A program made the translations under genes and the position numbers. Positions 16,914 through 26,518 of a stretch of 32,000 nt of DNA are shown one piece after another. The DNA lies in assembly GCA_947058615.1 (NCBI GenBank), contig CAMSHF010000008.1:1-32000 (forward strand), given 5' to 3'. How positions within the stretch are numbered: position 1 is the first letter of the stretch; each line of letters begins with the position of its first letter. Origin of the DNA: an uncultured Rickettsiella sp. GTDB lineage: Bacteria > Pseudomonadota > Gammaproteobacteria > Diplorickettsiales > Diplorickettsiaceae. Below the pieces are notes generated by a model. It made no database searches, had not been told where the DNA came from, and was given only the letters and a program-made list of their open reading frames with translations.

Positions 16914-18251
16914 ATGTACAATAATGAAGCAACCATACCGCAAGATGTGTCGCATTCTTTAGTTAATAAAAAACATTTATTTCTCGCTTCTGTTATCTGC
17001 ATGCTTGCTGCTATGTTTTACATGTATGAGTATACCTTGCAAGTATCTCCTGCTGTTATGACAAATGAACTGATGCGTGATCTAGGCCTTAATGCAGCAA
17101 GTTTAGGCACCATGACAGCTTTTTATTTTTATTCGTATACGCCTATGCAATTACCTGCGGGTTTACTTTTTGATCGTTTTGGCCCTCGTCGTTTAATAAC
17201 TTTAGCGATATTAATATGTGCTATCGGAGCATTTTTTTTTGGCACTACGCCTAACGCTGTCATGGCTTCATTGGGTAGGCTCTTAATGGGTATAGGATCT
17301 TCTTTTTCATTTATAGGTGCTTTACTTCTCGTTTCTCGTTGGTTCCCTCTTCAATATTTTGCTTTGCTCACCGGCCTCGTCCAATTAATGAGCTCCGTGG
17401 GAGCTATAGTGGGGCAAGTCCCCCTGGTAACGGCTATCAATCATTGGGGGTGGCGATCGACGACTATCGCATTAGCTACGGTGGGCTGTTTACTTGCGTT
17501 ATTGGTATGGGTAATTGTGCGAGATAGCCCTGAAGCTGTTTCGAAAGGGCGAAAATTCCAATCGCCACCTAAAAAAAGTGAATTAAAAAGGCTACAACAA
17601 GTCTGTAGTAACAGGCAAACTTGGTTAACTGCTTTGTATTCTTTTTCTATTTGGGCACCGATTACTGCATTTGCTGCTTTATGGGGCATACCTTTTCTTG
17701 TAGCGAGTTATAATCTTACTACAAAAATCGCTTCTGAAGCGAGTGCAATGATATGGCTAGGTATTGGCATAGGCAGTCCTTTAGCAGGCTGGCTTTCTGA
17801 TAAATTTAATTCACGATCCAAACCACTTAGCCTTTGCGCAATGTTAGGAATAGTCAGCCTTACAATAATTATATATTGCCCTTTCTTACCTTTATCAGGC
17901 CTCTATTTAGCTTTATTTGTTTTCGGCCTAGCGGCTTCGGGACAATCCTTAGCCTTCGGAGTGGTCAAGGATAATAATACAGCCTGTGTCGTGGGCACGG
18001 CTATTGGGTTTAATAATATGGCTGTTGTGGCGGGGGGGGCTTTATTTCAACCTCTAATAGGCGTTTTGCTTTATCTAAATGGGGGGGATCTTATGCGCCA
18101 CGGCACTCCTATTTATAGCACTGTAGATTATCAGAAAGCACTTTTTGTATTGCCCCTGTGTTATATGATTGCTTTTTTTGTAAGTCACTTTTTGCTACGC
18201 GAAACTTATTGCAAACCGCAATACTCTAATGAAGCCGCTAGAACAATCTAA
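16914..18251 (+). CDS. MFS transporter (12-TM type), substrate unknown; paralog 1 of a tandem pair
   Basis: 445 aa and highly hydrophobic. MFS motif A is present (GLLFDRFGPRR). An AAGAGG Shine-Dalgarno sequence lies 6-7 nt upstream of the ATG. Confidence 0.85.
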   Translation: MYNNEATIPQDVSHSLVNKKHLFLASVICMLAAMFYMYEYTLQVSPAVMTNELMRDLGLNAASLGTMTAFYFYSYTPMQLPAGLLFDRFGPRRLITLAILICAIGAFFFGTTPNAVMASLGRLLMGIGSSFSFIGALLLVSRWFPLQYFALLTGLVQLMSSVGAIVGQVPLVTAINHWGWRSTTIALATVGCLLALLVWVIVRDSPEAVSKGRKFQSPPKKSELKRLQQVCSNRQTWLTALYSFSIWAPITAFAALWGIPFLVASYNLTTKIASEASAMIWLGIGIGSPLAGWLSDKFNSRSKPLSLCAMLGIVSLTIIIYCPFLPLSGLYLALFVFGLAASGQSLAFGVVKDNNTACVVGTAIGFNNMAVVAGGALFQPLIGVLLYLNGGDLMRHGTPIYSTVDYQKALFVLPLCYMIAFFVSHFLLRETYCKPQYSNEAARTI

Positions 18252-18294
18252 GTTGTTTTTTATCTGCGTTTTTACTACGTTAAAATCAAATTTT

Positions 18295-19611
18295 ATGACT
18301 AAAAATAAAAATAATGACTTACCATCCTATTTAACCAATCAAAAGCCCACTACACGTGCAGCCATCATCTGCATTCTTGCTTCCTGTTTCTATATGTATG
18401 AATTCATATTGCAAGTTTCTCCTGCAGTAATGACCTCTCAGCTTATTAATGACTTAGGACTTAATTCGATTACATTAGGAACCATGGCCGCTTTTTATTA
18501 TTATTCCTATACCCCCATGCAGCTCCCTGCGGGATTTTTATTCGATCGATTTGGTCCTCGACGTTTATTAACAATAGCCATTCTTTCTTGTGCTTTGGGC
18601 ACGCTATTGTTTGGCTCAAGCAGCCATATAGCAACGGCTTCCACGGGCCGATTTATGATGGGAATGGGTTCAGCCTTTGCATTTATAGGAACTTTAGTTC
18701 TAATCTCCCGCTGGTTTCCTGCTCAATATTTTGCTTTCTTGGCAGGCTTAGTCCAGTTAATGAGTAGTATAGGTGCTATAGTAGGTGAAACCCCTTTGAC
18801 TATTGCCGTCAATCACTGGGGGTGGCGACAAACTATCATTATATTAGGCGTTATAGGTGTCATTTTAGGTTTATTGATCTGGTTAATCGTGCGAGACAGC
18901 CCAGAAGTTGTTTCAAAAGGACGTAAATTTCAACCTGCTTCAAAAAAAAGCCTATTAAAAAGCTTTCACCAAGTTGCTGTAAATAGTCAAACATGGTTTG
19001 TTGCACTTTATTCCTTTATGGTATGGGCGCCCATCACAGCTTTTGCAGCATTATGGGGAGTTCCTTTCTTGGTTCTCGCCTATGGTATCAGCACGAAAGC
19101 TGCGTCTACGGCCTGCACTATGATTTGGCTGGCTATAGGCATAGGATGCCCGTTATTAGGATGGTGGTCAGATAAAGTAAATTTACGTGGTACGCCTTTA
19201 AAATTTGCTGCAAGCTTAGGTATAATTGGATTAATACCCGCTATTTATGCCCCCCATCTTCCATTATTTTGGCTTTACGTTTGCTTGTTTTTGTTTGGTC
19301 TTGCCGCTTCAGCGCAATCACTCGCATTTGGAGTAGTTAAAGATAACAATCACTCGAGCGTAGTAGGAACAGCTATGGGGATTAATAACATGGCAACCGT
19401 TGCGGGTGGGGCTTTATTTCAGCCGATTATTGGTATATTTTTACATGTTAACTGGAACGGAATTTATCATAACGGGGTTCCTTTTTATAGTGTTGAAAAC
19501 TACCGAAAAGCCTTTATTCTACTGCCTTTTTGCTACCTAATAGCCTTATTAATTGGGAAATTTCTGATAAAAGAAACCCACTGCCAACAACAACCTAATG
19601 TCCAGGAGTAA
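18295..19611 (+). CDS. MFS transporter, substrate unknown; paralog 2 of a tandem pair
   Basis: Collinear and apparently gap-free with the upstream MFS gene (FYMYEF.LQVSPAVMT, YSYTPMQLPAGFLFDRFGPRR, VRDSPEVVSKGRKFQ, WAPITAFAALWG). I chose the ATG at 18295 (MTKNKNN...) because it gives an N-terminus of matching length. The longest ORF starts at 18229 and overlaps paralog 1. Confidence 0.85.
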   Translation: MTKNKNNDLPSYLTNQKPTTRAAIICILASCFYMYEFILQVSPAVMTSQLINDLGLNSITLGTMAAFYYYSYTPMQLPAGFLFDRFGPRRLLTIAILSCALGTLLFGSSSHIATASTGRFMMGMGSAFAFIGTLVLISRWFPAQYFAFLAGLVQLMSSIGAIVGETPLTIAVNHWGWRQTIIILGVIGVILGLLIWLIVRDSPEVVSKGRKFQPASKKSLLKSFHQVAVNSQTWFVALYSFMVWAPITAFAALWGVPFLVLAYGISTKAASTACTMIWLAIGIGCPLLGWWSDKVNLRGTPLKFAASLGIIGLIPAIYAPHLPLFWLYVCLFLFGLAASAQSLAFGVVKDNNHSSVVGTAMGINNMATVAGGALFQPIIGIFLHVNWNGIYHNGVPFYSVENYRKAFILLPFCYLIALLIGKFLIKETHCQQQPNVQE

Positions 19612-20227
19612 AAGTAGCCGCCGCTGGTTAAAACAGCATTTTAATGACCCTTATGTAAAACGTGCTCAAAAGGAAGGTTTACGCTCACGTTCGGCCTATA
19701 AACTCTTGGAGATTCAAGAGAAAACCAAGCTCATTAAATCGGGTATGACTATCGTTGATCTTGGAGCGGCACCGGGGGGTTGGTCTCAAGTGGCTTCTCG
19801 GATAGTAGGTGAAGCAGGGAAAGTCTATGCCTTAGATATTTTGCCGATGGAGGCATTGGTGCACGTGGAGTTTCTTCAAGGAGATTTTAGAGAAGAGTCA
19901 ACTATGCAACAATTCTTGCAACGTATACAATCAACGCCTATAGATCTTGTAATTTCAGATATGGCCCCCAACTTTAGTGGAATGCGGAGTATTGATCAAC
20001 CTAAATCAATTTATTTAGCGGAATTAGCCTTAGACTTTGCTCAGAAAGTATTAAAGCCAAAAGGTTGTTTTTTAGTAAAAACTTTTCAAGGTGAAGGATT
20101 TGAGGCATTTTTAAAAAACTTAAGAAGTTTATTTACAAAGGTGACTATTCGAAAACCCTCTTCTTCTAGAGGAAGCTCTGCAGAGATTTATTTAGTTGCT
20201 ATGGGTTATCATCATAAAGGGAAATAA
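19598..20227 (+). CDS. rlmE: 23S rRNA (uridine2552-2'-O)-methyltransferase RlmE (FtsJ/RrmJ)
   Basis: 209 aa, collinear with E. coli RlmE (SSRRWLKQHFNDPYVKRAQKEGLRSRSAYKL, DLGAAPGGWSQ, SDMAPN, KTFQGEGF, LFTKV.IRKP.SSR). It sits upstream of ftsH, as in other gammaproteobacteria. Confidence 0.93.
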   Translation: MSRSKSSRRWLKQHFNDPYVKRAQKEGLRSRSAYKLLEIQEKTKLIKSGMTIVDLGAAPGGWSQVASRIVGEAGKVYALDILPMEALVHVEFLQGDFREESTMQQFLQRIQSTPIDLVISDMAPNFSGMRSIDQPKSIYLAELALDFAQKVLKPKGCFLVKTFQGEGFEAFLKNLRSLFTKVTIRKPSSSRGSSAEIYLVAMGYHHKGK

Positions 20228-20462
20228 ATATGGATTTATACACTTTGCACCTAAACAAGTGGCTGTCCAACTCACAATCCTCAGGTAGACTTACATCTTG
20301 ATTGTGTTTCACGGTAACGCCTTGACAAAAACCCAATTGCTGCGAGTATATTTATTAATAGTTTTTTGGAAGCTTGAGCGTAAAAAGAACTTAAAATAAT
20401 CGAAACCCACAAAATTTAGTATATAATGCCCTCTTTATGAGAATAATGCGAGGTAGCCTAGC

Positions 20463-22391
20463 TTGAACGACATGCTGAAAAATCTTTTTTTATGGCTAAT
20501 TATTGCTGTCATACTTATCTCAGTATTTAATAATCTCGAACCTCGTAATAACGGTGGAGAGCGTTTGACCTATTCTGAATTCTTGAAAGATGTCCAGCAA
20601 GGCAACGTGCAGTCTGTAACGATACAAAGCAATCAGGTTATAAAAGGCCAATTAAATAGCGAAAAATCTTTCACTAGCTACATGCCTATTCCTGATCAAT
20701 ATCTACTTCCTGAGCTCTTAAAAAAGAATGTCAATGTAAAAGGAGAGCCCCCTCAACAAGAAAGCTTCTTGATGCGTATTTTTATTAATTGGTTCCCTAT
20801 GTTACTTCTTATTGGCGTATGGATATTTTTCATGCGACAAATGGGTGGTACGGGAGGAAAGGGAGCTCTCTCATTCGGTCGCAGTCGTGCTCGGTTATTA
20901 GGTGAAGATCAAGTTAAGGTTACTTTTGCTGATGTAGCGGGTGCTGAAGAGGCAAAAGAAGAAGTCAGTGAATTAGTCGAATTTTTAAAAGACCCGGCTA
21001 AATTTCAAAAATTAGGTGGAAAAATCCCACGTGGCGTCTTATTAATGGGCCCTCCTGGAACGGGTAAGACACTTTTAGCTCGCGCTGTTGCAGGAGAAGC
21101 TAAAGTTCCTTTTTTCACGATTTCAGGTTCTGACTTTGTTGAAATGTTTGTAGGTGTAGGTGCATCTCGTGTAAGAGATATGTTTGAACAAGCTAAAAAA
21201 CAAGCTCCCTGTATCATTTTTATTGATGAGATAGATGCCGTTGGTCGTCATCGCGGTGCTGGTTTAGGCGGCGGACACGACGAACGAGAGCAAACTTTAA
21301 ATCAGTTATTAGTCGAAATGGATGGTTTTGAAGGTAATGAAGGTGTTATCGTTATGGCGGCTACCAATCGACCCGATGTTTTAGATCCTGCCTTATTACG
21401 CCCTGGCCGATTTGATCGGCAAGTTATTGTTGGCCTACCTGATATTCGTGGTAGAGAACAAATTCTAAAAGTTCACCTTAGAAAAATTCCTTATGGAAAA
21501 GATGTTAAACCCATTATTATAGCGAGAGGAACGCCTGGTTTTTCAGGTGCAGATTTAGCAAATCTAATTAATGAAGCCGCTTTATTTGCGGCTCGCGAAA
21601 ATAAGTCCAGTGTCGATATGCTTGATCTAGAAAAGGCTAAAGATAAGGTCATGATGGGTAGTGAAAGGCATTCAATGGTCATGAATGAAAAAGAGAAGAA
21701 ACTAACCGCTTACCATGAAGCCGGGCATGCCATTGTAGGACGTTTAGTTCCTGATCATGACCCTGTTTATAAGGTAACCATCATTCCACGCGGCAAAGCG
21801 TTGGGTGTTACTATGTTCTTACCGGAAGAAGATCGGTATAGCTATACTAAACAACGTTTAGAGAGCCAAATTGCGAGTTTATTTGGTGGGCGTATTGCCG
21901 AAAATTTAATTTTTGGCCCAGAGCAAGTCACTACAGGTGCTTCAAATGATATCCAACGAGCTACGGAAATTGCTCGAAATATGATAACAAAATGGGGCTT
22001 ATCTAAGCGTTTGGGGCCTTTAACTTATAATCAAGAAAATGATGAAGTATTTTTAGGACATCAAATAGCAAAAAATAACAAATTTTCTGAGGATACTGCT
22101 CAACTTATTGATGAAGAAAGCCGTAGTATTATTGATCGTAATTACAAGCTTGCAGAAACTTTACTGCAAGAGAATATGGAAAAATTACATTTGATGGCAG
22201 AAGCGCTAATAAAATATGAGACTATAGATTCTAGTCAAATTGATGACATTATGGAGGGCAAACCCCCTAGAGAGCCAAAAGATTGGAATAATGGAAGCAA
22301 AAAAGGCACACTCTCTTCTTCTGAAAAAAAAACGCCTTCACAAAAAGACTCCACAGTAACGGGAACTGATCCTGCAGCAGATAGCCTGTAA
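20463..22391 (+). CDS. ftsH: ATP-dependent zinc metalloprotease FtsH
   Basis: 642 aa with Walker A GPPGTGKT, Walker [10 protein letters not shown] and the zinc site [12 protein letters not shown] start at 20463 is preceded by GAGGT about 7 nt upstream. An alternative ATG at 20472 gives [13 protein letters not shown], which matches the E. coli N-terminus. Confidence 0.95.
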   Translation: MNDMLKNLFLWLIIAVILISVFNNLEPRNNGGERLTYSEFLKDVQQGNVQSVTIQSNQVIKGQLNSEKSFTSYMPIPDQYLLPELLKKNVNVKGEPPQQESFLMRIFINWFPMLLLIGVWIFFMRQMGGTGGKGALSFGRSRARLLGEDQVKVTFADVAGAEEAKEEVSELVEFLKDPAKFQKLGGKIPRGVLLMGPPGTGKTLLARAVAGEAKVPFFTISGSDFVEMFVGVGASRVRDMFEQAKKQAPCIIFIDEIDAVGRHRGAGLGGGHDEREQTLNQLLVEMDGFEGNEGVIVMAATNRPDVLDPALLRPGRFDRQVIVGLPDIRGREQILKVHLRKIPYGKDVKPIIIARGTPGFSGADLANLINEAALFAARENKSSVDMLDLEKAKDKVMMGSERHSMVMNEKEKKLTAYHEAGHAIVGRLVPDHDPVYKVTIIPRGKALGVTMFLPEEDRYSYTKQRLESQIASLFGGRIAENLIFGPEQVTTGASNDIQRATEIARNMITKWGLSKRLGPLTYNQENDEVFLGHQIAKNNKFSEDTAQLIDEESRSIIDRNYKLAETLLQENMEKLHLMAEALIKYETIDSSQIDDIMEGKPPREPKDWNNGSKKGTLSSSEKKTPSQKDSTVTGTDPAADSL

Positions 22392-22418
22392 TGATCAAAC
22401 TAAATTCTTGGATTCATC

Positions 22419-23762
22419 ATGGCAAAACTCCGCAAATATTTTGGGACAGATGGTATTCGCGGAAAAGTAGGTGAAAAACCTATTACGCCCGAGTTCGTTT
22501 TAAAATTAGGGTGGGCTGTTGGAAAGATTTTAGCTAATGGCCGAAATAAGGTCCTAATTGGTAAAGATACGCGTATTTCAGGTTATATGCTTGAATCAGC
22601 TTTAGAGGCTGGTTTATCTGCTGCTGGGGTGGATATTCACCTGTTAGGCCCCATTCCAACTCCCGCTATTGCTTTTCTAACTTCAAACTTAGGTGCACAA
22701 GCGGGAATTGTAATTAGCGCGTCACATAATCCTTATTATGACAATGGAATTAAGTTTTTTTCTCATGATGGAACCAAGTTAGAAGATAGTATTGAAATAC
22801 AAATTGAGACTCATCTTACTCAATCTATTCATACTGTTGATTCTGCTAAACTAGGGAAAGCGATTCGAGTAGAAGATGCCAAAGCTCGCTATGTTAATTT
22901 TTGTAAATCTACAATTTCCAAATCTTTTCAGCTAAATGGTCTAAAAATTGTACTCGATTGTGCAAATGGCGCTACTTATCATATTGCACCTTCTTTATTT
23001 TCTGAACTAGGTGCAGACTTAATTTTACTAGGCACGCACCCTGATGGCTTAAATATTAATAAAGATTGCGGATCGACCCATTTAAAATACTTGCAACATA
23101 CTGTTTTATCAAAAAAAGCAGACTTAGGCATTGCATTCGATGGTGATGGTGATCGCGTATTAATGGTTGATAATTTAGGCGAGATCGTAGATGGAGATGA
23201 ATTACTGTTTTTATTAGCCCAACACGGCGTTAAAAAAGGTTATATTAAGGAGGGGGGCATCGTAGGCACCACAATGAGTAATCTTGGTTTAGAATTAGCA
23301 ATAAAAGCATTAGGTCTTGATTTTATCCGCACCTCAGTCGGAGATAGATATGTTAATGAAGCATTACAAAAAAGAAATTGGCAATTAGGTGGAGAGTCCT
23401 CAGGACACATTATTTCACGTCGACTAACTAAAACAGGGGATGGAATCATTATTGCTTTACAAGTATTAGAGGCTATTCAATCATTAGGTCTATCATTGCA
23501 TATTGCTAAGAAATCGATGAAAAAATTTCCTCAAATATTAATCAATATTCCAGCAGAAAATCCGACAGCTACGCTGAGCTCACCTAATATAAAAAGAGCT
23601 ATGAAAGAAGCTGAACTTCAATTAAAGGATCATGGGCGTATATTGCTACGTCCTTCAGGAACAGAATCAGTTGTACGTGTTATGGTAGAAGGCAAAGATC
23701 TATCAAGGGTTCAATCTATTGCAAATAAACTAGCCGACACTGTTAGAGCTTCAGTCAGATAA
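22419..23762 (+). CDS. glmM: Phosphoglucosamine mutase
   Basis: 447 aa with the active-site loop SASHNPYYDNGIKFF, the metal site FDGDGDR, and GESSGH. Confidence 0.95.
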   Translation: MAKLRKYFGTDGIRGKVGEKPITPEFVLKLGWAVGKILANGRNKVLIGKDTRISGYMLESALEAGLSAAGVDIHLLGPIPTPAIAFLTSNLGAQAGIVISASHNPYYDNGIKFFSHDGTKLEDSIEIQIETHLTQSIHTVDSAKLGKAIRVEDAKARYVNFCKSTISKSFQLNGLKIVLDCANGATYHIAPSLFSELGADLILLGTHPDGLNINKDCGSTHLKYLQHTVLSKKADLGIAFDGDGDRVLMVDNLGEIVDGDELLFLLAQHGVKKGYIKEGGIVGTTMSNLGLELAIKALGLDFIRTSVGDRYVNEALQKRNWQLGGESSGHIISRRLTKTGDGIIIALQVLEAIQSLGLSLHIAKKSMKKFPQILINIPAENPTATLSSPNIKRAMKEAELQLKDHGRILLRPSGTESVVRVMVEGKDLSRVQSIANKLADTVRASVR

Positions 23763-23782
23763 TTTGTTTCCTTGACCTTACT

Positions 23783-25609
23783 TTATTCAACAGTGACTGA
23801 TTTTGCTAAATTTCGTGGCTGATCAACATCAGTGCCTTTTAAAATCGCCACATGGTAAGCTAAAAGTTGCAATGGAACTGCAAAAACTAGCGGACTAATC
23901 ATGTTACCTGTTTTAGGGAGCAAAATACTTTTAATATCTGTCTCATTTGTACCTAGTTCCTCTTGCAGAAACAAAATAAGTTGGCCATTACGTGCATAGA
24001 CCTCTTGGATATTGGATTTAAGTTTTTCTATTAAAGAATTGGAAGGGACTAAAACAACAACGGGCATATTACTATCAACCAAAGCAAGTGGCCCATGCTT
24101 TAACTCGCCCGCAGGATAAGCTTCAGCTTGTATATAAGAAATTTCCTTAAGTTTAAGTGCCCCTTCTAATGCGACCGGAAAATGAATTCCTCGAGCAATA
24201 AATAAAGCATGTTCTTTCTCGACAAATAATTGAGCTAATTTTTTTATAGCGAAATCTAATTTTAACGATTGTTCTAAAAATTTAGGTAAACTTCTTAATT
24301 CAGACAAACAAGCGGCATTTTGTCTCTCATCCCAACCATGTGATAACCCTAAAAAAGAGGTTAATAGTAACAACACTGTTAGTTGAGTTGTAAATGCTTT
24401 AGTTGATGCCACACCAATTTCTGGACCCGCTCTCGTTAGTAAGACGAAATCAGACTCGCGTACCATAGTACTACCCGGTACATTACAAATTGTGAGTGTA
24501 GCCGCATAATCCTCAGTTTTGGCTTGTCTTAGTGCTTCTAGTGTATCGGCTGTTTCTCCTGATTGAGATAAAGTGATAAATAATGTATTTGAATGAATAA
24601 TATGAGGACGGTAACGAAATTCACTTGCCACATCGACCTGGCAAGAAATACCGACCCACCGCTCTAACCATTGTGCTGCAATCAATCCTGCATGATAACT
24701 GGTACCACATGCAACAATTTGTATCTGCTTAATTCTAGCAAAACGTTGTATAGAATTAGCCCCGAAAATTTCGTCCCAAACATCTGATTGATTGATAAGA
24801 CGTCCTTCAAGAGCGGCATTGACTGCATTAGGTTGCTCAAAGATTTCCTTTTCCATAAAATGACGATATTTTCCTTTACTTATTACTTCTTCAGGCAAGT
24901 TTATAAAGTGATCAGGCCGATGAACTTTCTTATCTTTGTTATAGACGTTGACTGTTTTAACAGTAACTTCGGCAATATCACCTTCTTGTAAATAAATAAA
25001 CTTCTGAGTCACAGGAAGCACGGCTAAATGATCCGAAGCAATAAAATTTTCATTACATCCGAGTCCTACCATTAAAGGACTGCCTTTACGAGCGGCTATT
25101 AAAGAGTATGGATCTTCTTGATTGAGAAAGACTATGGCAAAAGCACCTTCTAAATAGGTAATTGTTTTCTTAACAGCGTCCAAAAAATTATTATTTTTTT
25201 TCAGCTCTTGATTCAATAAATGCGCAATGACTTCAGTATCCGTTTCAGACTCAAAAGAATAGCCTGCTTTTATCAGTTTTTTCCTTAAGGACAAGTAATT
25301 TTCAATAATGCCATTGTGAACTAAGGCGATATTGTCTGATACATGAGGATGCGCATTAGATTCACTGGGTTTTCCATGAGTCGCCCAACGTGTGTGTGCA
25401 ATACCCATTGTGCCTGATAATCTTTCAGGTATTATTGCTTTCTCTAGCGCTTCAACTTTACCTACCGTACGTCGACGTTGCAAATGTTGTTCTAAATCTA
25501 AAATAGCTATCCCAGCTGAATCATAGCCACGATATTCTAAACGCTTCAAACCCTCAATAAGAATTGGGACTATATTACGCTGTGCTATTCCCGCTACAAT
25601 TCCACACAT
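23783..25609 (-). CDS. glmS: Glutamine--fructose-6-phosphate aminotransferase (isomerizing)
   Basis: 608 aa. The N-terminal nucleophile is MCGIV, two SIS domains follow, and the protein ends in the canonical KSVTVE. Confidence 0.95.
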   Translation of the reverse strand: MCGIVAGIAQRNIVPILIEGLKRLEYRGYDSAGIAILDLEQHLQRRRTVGKVEALEKAIIPERLSGTMGIAHTRWATHGKPSESNAHPHVSDNIALVHNGIIENYLSLRKKLIKAGYSFESETDTEVIAHLLNQELKKNNNFLDAVKKTITYLEGAFAIVFLNQEDPYSLIAARKGSPLMVGLGCNENFIASDHLAVLPVTQKFIYLQEGDIAEVTVKTVNVYNKDKKVHRPDHFINLPEEVISKGKYRHFMEKEIFEQPNAVNAALEGRLINQSDVWDEIFGANSIQRFARIKQIQIVACGTSYHAGLIAAQWLERWVGISCQVDVASEFRYRPHIIHSNTLFITLSQSGETADTLEALRQAKTEDYAATLTICNVPGSTMVRESDFVLLTRAGPEIGVASTKAFTTQLTVLLLLTSFLGLSHGWDERQNAACLSELRSLPKFLEQSLKLDFAIKKLAQLFVEKEHALFIARGIHFPVALEGALKLKEISYIQAEAYPAGELKHGPLALVDSNMPVVVLVPSNSLIEKLKSNIQEVYARNGQLILFLQEELGTNETDIKSILLPKTGNMISPLVFAVPLQLLAYHVAILKGTDVDQPRNLAKSVTVE

Positions 25610-25727
25610 ACTTCACCTTTGTCATTGCCTAGACTTAAATGGGAAATTTAAGATTCTATCATGATGGTAAAAACGTTTATTATAAATAAAATCTTTTTAT
25701 CATTTTTTAACTTAACAAGGATCTTAA

Positions 25728-26459
25728 ATGAATGCCAGTATACTCCTAAGGCGAATAGGTCAAGGTATCACTCACATTTTTTTTCCTTATTACTGCATTA
25801 TTTGTAACGATAAGGCCAATAGAGAACTTGACTTATGCATTGAATGTGAAAAGCGCTTACCCTGGTTAAAAAATACTTGTACTTATTGTGCTGCTTTTTT
25901 AATATCAAACCAATCCATTTGCGGTGCTTGCCTTAAAAAACCACTCCCTTTCCATAAACTATACGTGCCTTTTTCCTACACAGAAATAATAAAAAAACTT
26001 ATTATTGGCCTTAAGTTCCAAAAAAAATTAGTTTACGCACCTATTTTAGGCACTTTATTAGCTGAAAAAATCAACGCTCAATACCAAAATGAGAAACTAC
26101 CAGATATGCTTATTCCTGTACCTTTACATAAAAAAAGACTCTATGAACGCGGTTTTAATCAAGCTATAGAAATAGCCCGGCCAATTTCTAAAAAATTAAA
26201 TATACCTATAGAATACAAAAGGTGTAGAAGAGTAGTAAACACGGTCGCACAAAGTAACCTACCTGCAAGCCAGCGTTCTAGTAATGTAAAGAATGCGTTT
26301 GTTGCACATAAGCAGCTTGCTTACCGACATATAGCGCTACTCGATGATGTAATAACCACTGGCCATACTCTCACCGAGATAAGTCGCGCTTTATACGATG
26401 TGGGTGTAAAAAAAATAGATGTATGGTGTTGTGCCCGCACTTATTTGGACGGAAATTAA
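25728..26459 (+). CDS. comF: ComF family protein (ComFC/GntX-like phosphoribosyltransferase-domain protein)
   Basis: 243 aa. The N-terminus has Cys-rich zinc-ribbon motifs (CIIC...CIEC, CTYC...CGAC). The C-terminus carries a PRTase motif (LLDDVITTGHTL). Confidence 0.85.
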   Translation: MNASILLRRIGQGITHIFFPYYCIICNDKANRELDLCIECEKRLPWLKNTCTYCAAFLISNQSICGACLKKPLPFHKLYVPFSYTEIIKKLIIGLKFQKKLVYAPILGTLLAEKINAQYQNEKLPDMLIPVPLHKKRLYERGFNQAIEIARPISKKLNIPIEYKRCRRVVNTVAQSNLPASQRSSNVKNAFVAHKQLAYRHIALLDDVITTGHTLTEISRALYDVGVKKIDVWCCARTYLDGN

Positions 26460-26518
26460 ACTACCTACTTTCTATTGACTACTTTCATTAGGGGTATTTA
26501 GAGCAATCAAGCCTCTTC

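Noticed and set aside
16796-17002. 68-aa minus-strand ORF spanning the start of the first MFS gene
   Set aside because: It overlaps the well-supported MFS start and its Shine-Dalgarno sequence, and has no recognisable motif. It is most likely a chance ORF in the upstream region.
20228-20462. Promoter-like and hairpin elements in the 235-bp rlmE-ftsH spacer (TTGACA at about 20321 and TATAAT at about 20431 are not a pair; cacaatc/gattgtg hairpin)
   Set aside because: The spacers to the nearest partner hexamers are non-optimal, and the hairpin is 7 bp with a 20-nt loop. No sigma32-type consensus was recognisable. The evidence is insufficient for a feature call.
23751-23804. 7-bp inverted repeat (tcagtca / tgactga) followed by TTTT, bridging the 20-nt convergent glmM/glmS gap
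   Set aside because: The stem is only 7 bp, the loop is 36 nt, and both arms lie in coding sequence. That is too weak to call a terminator.
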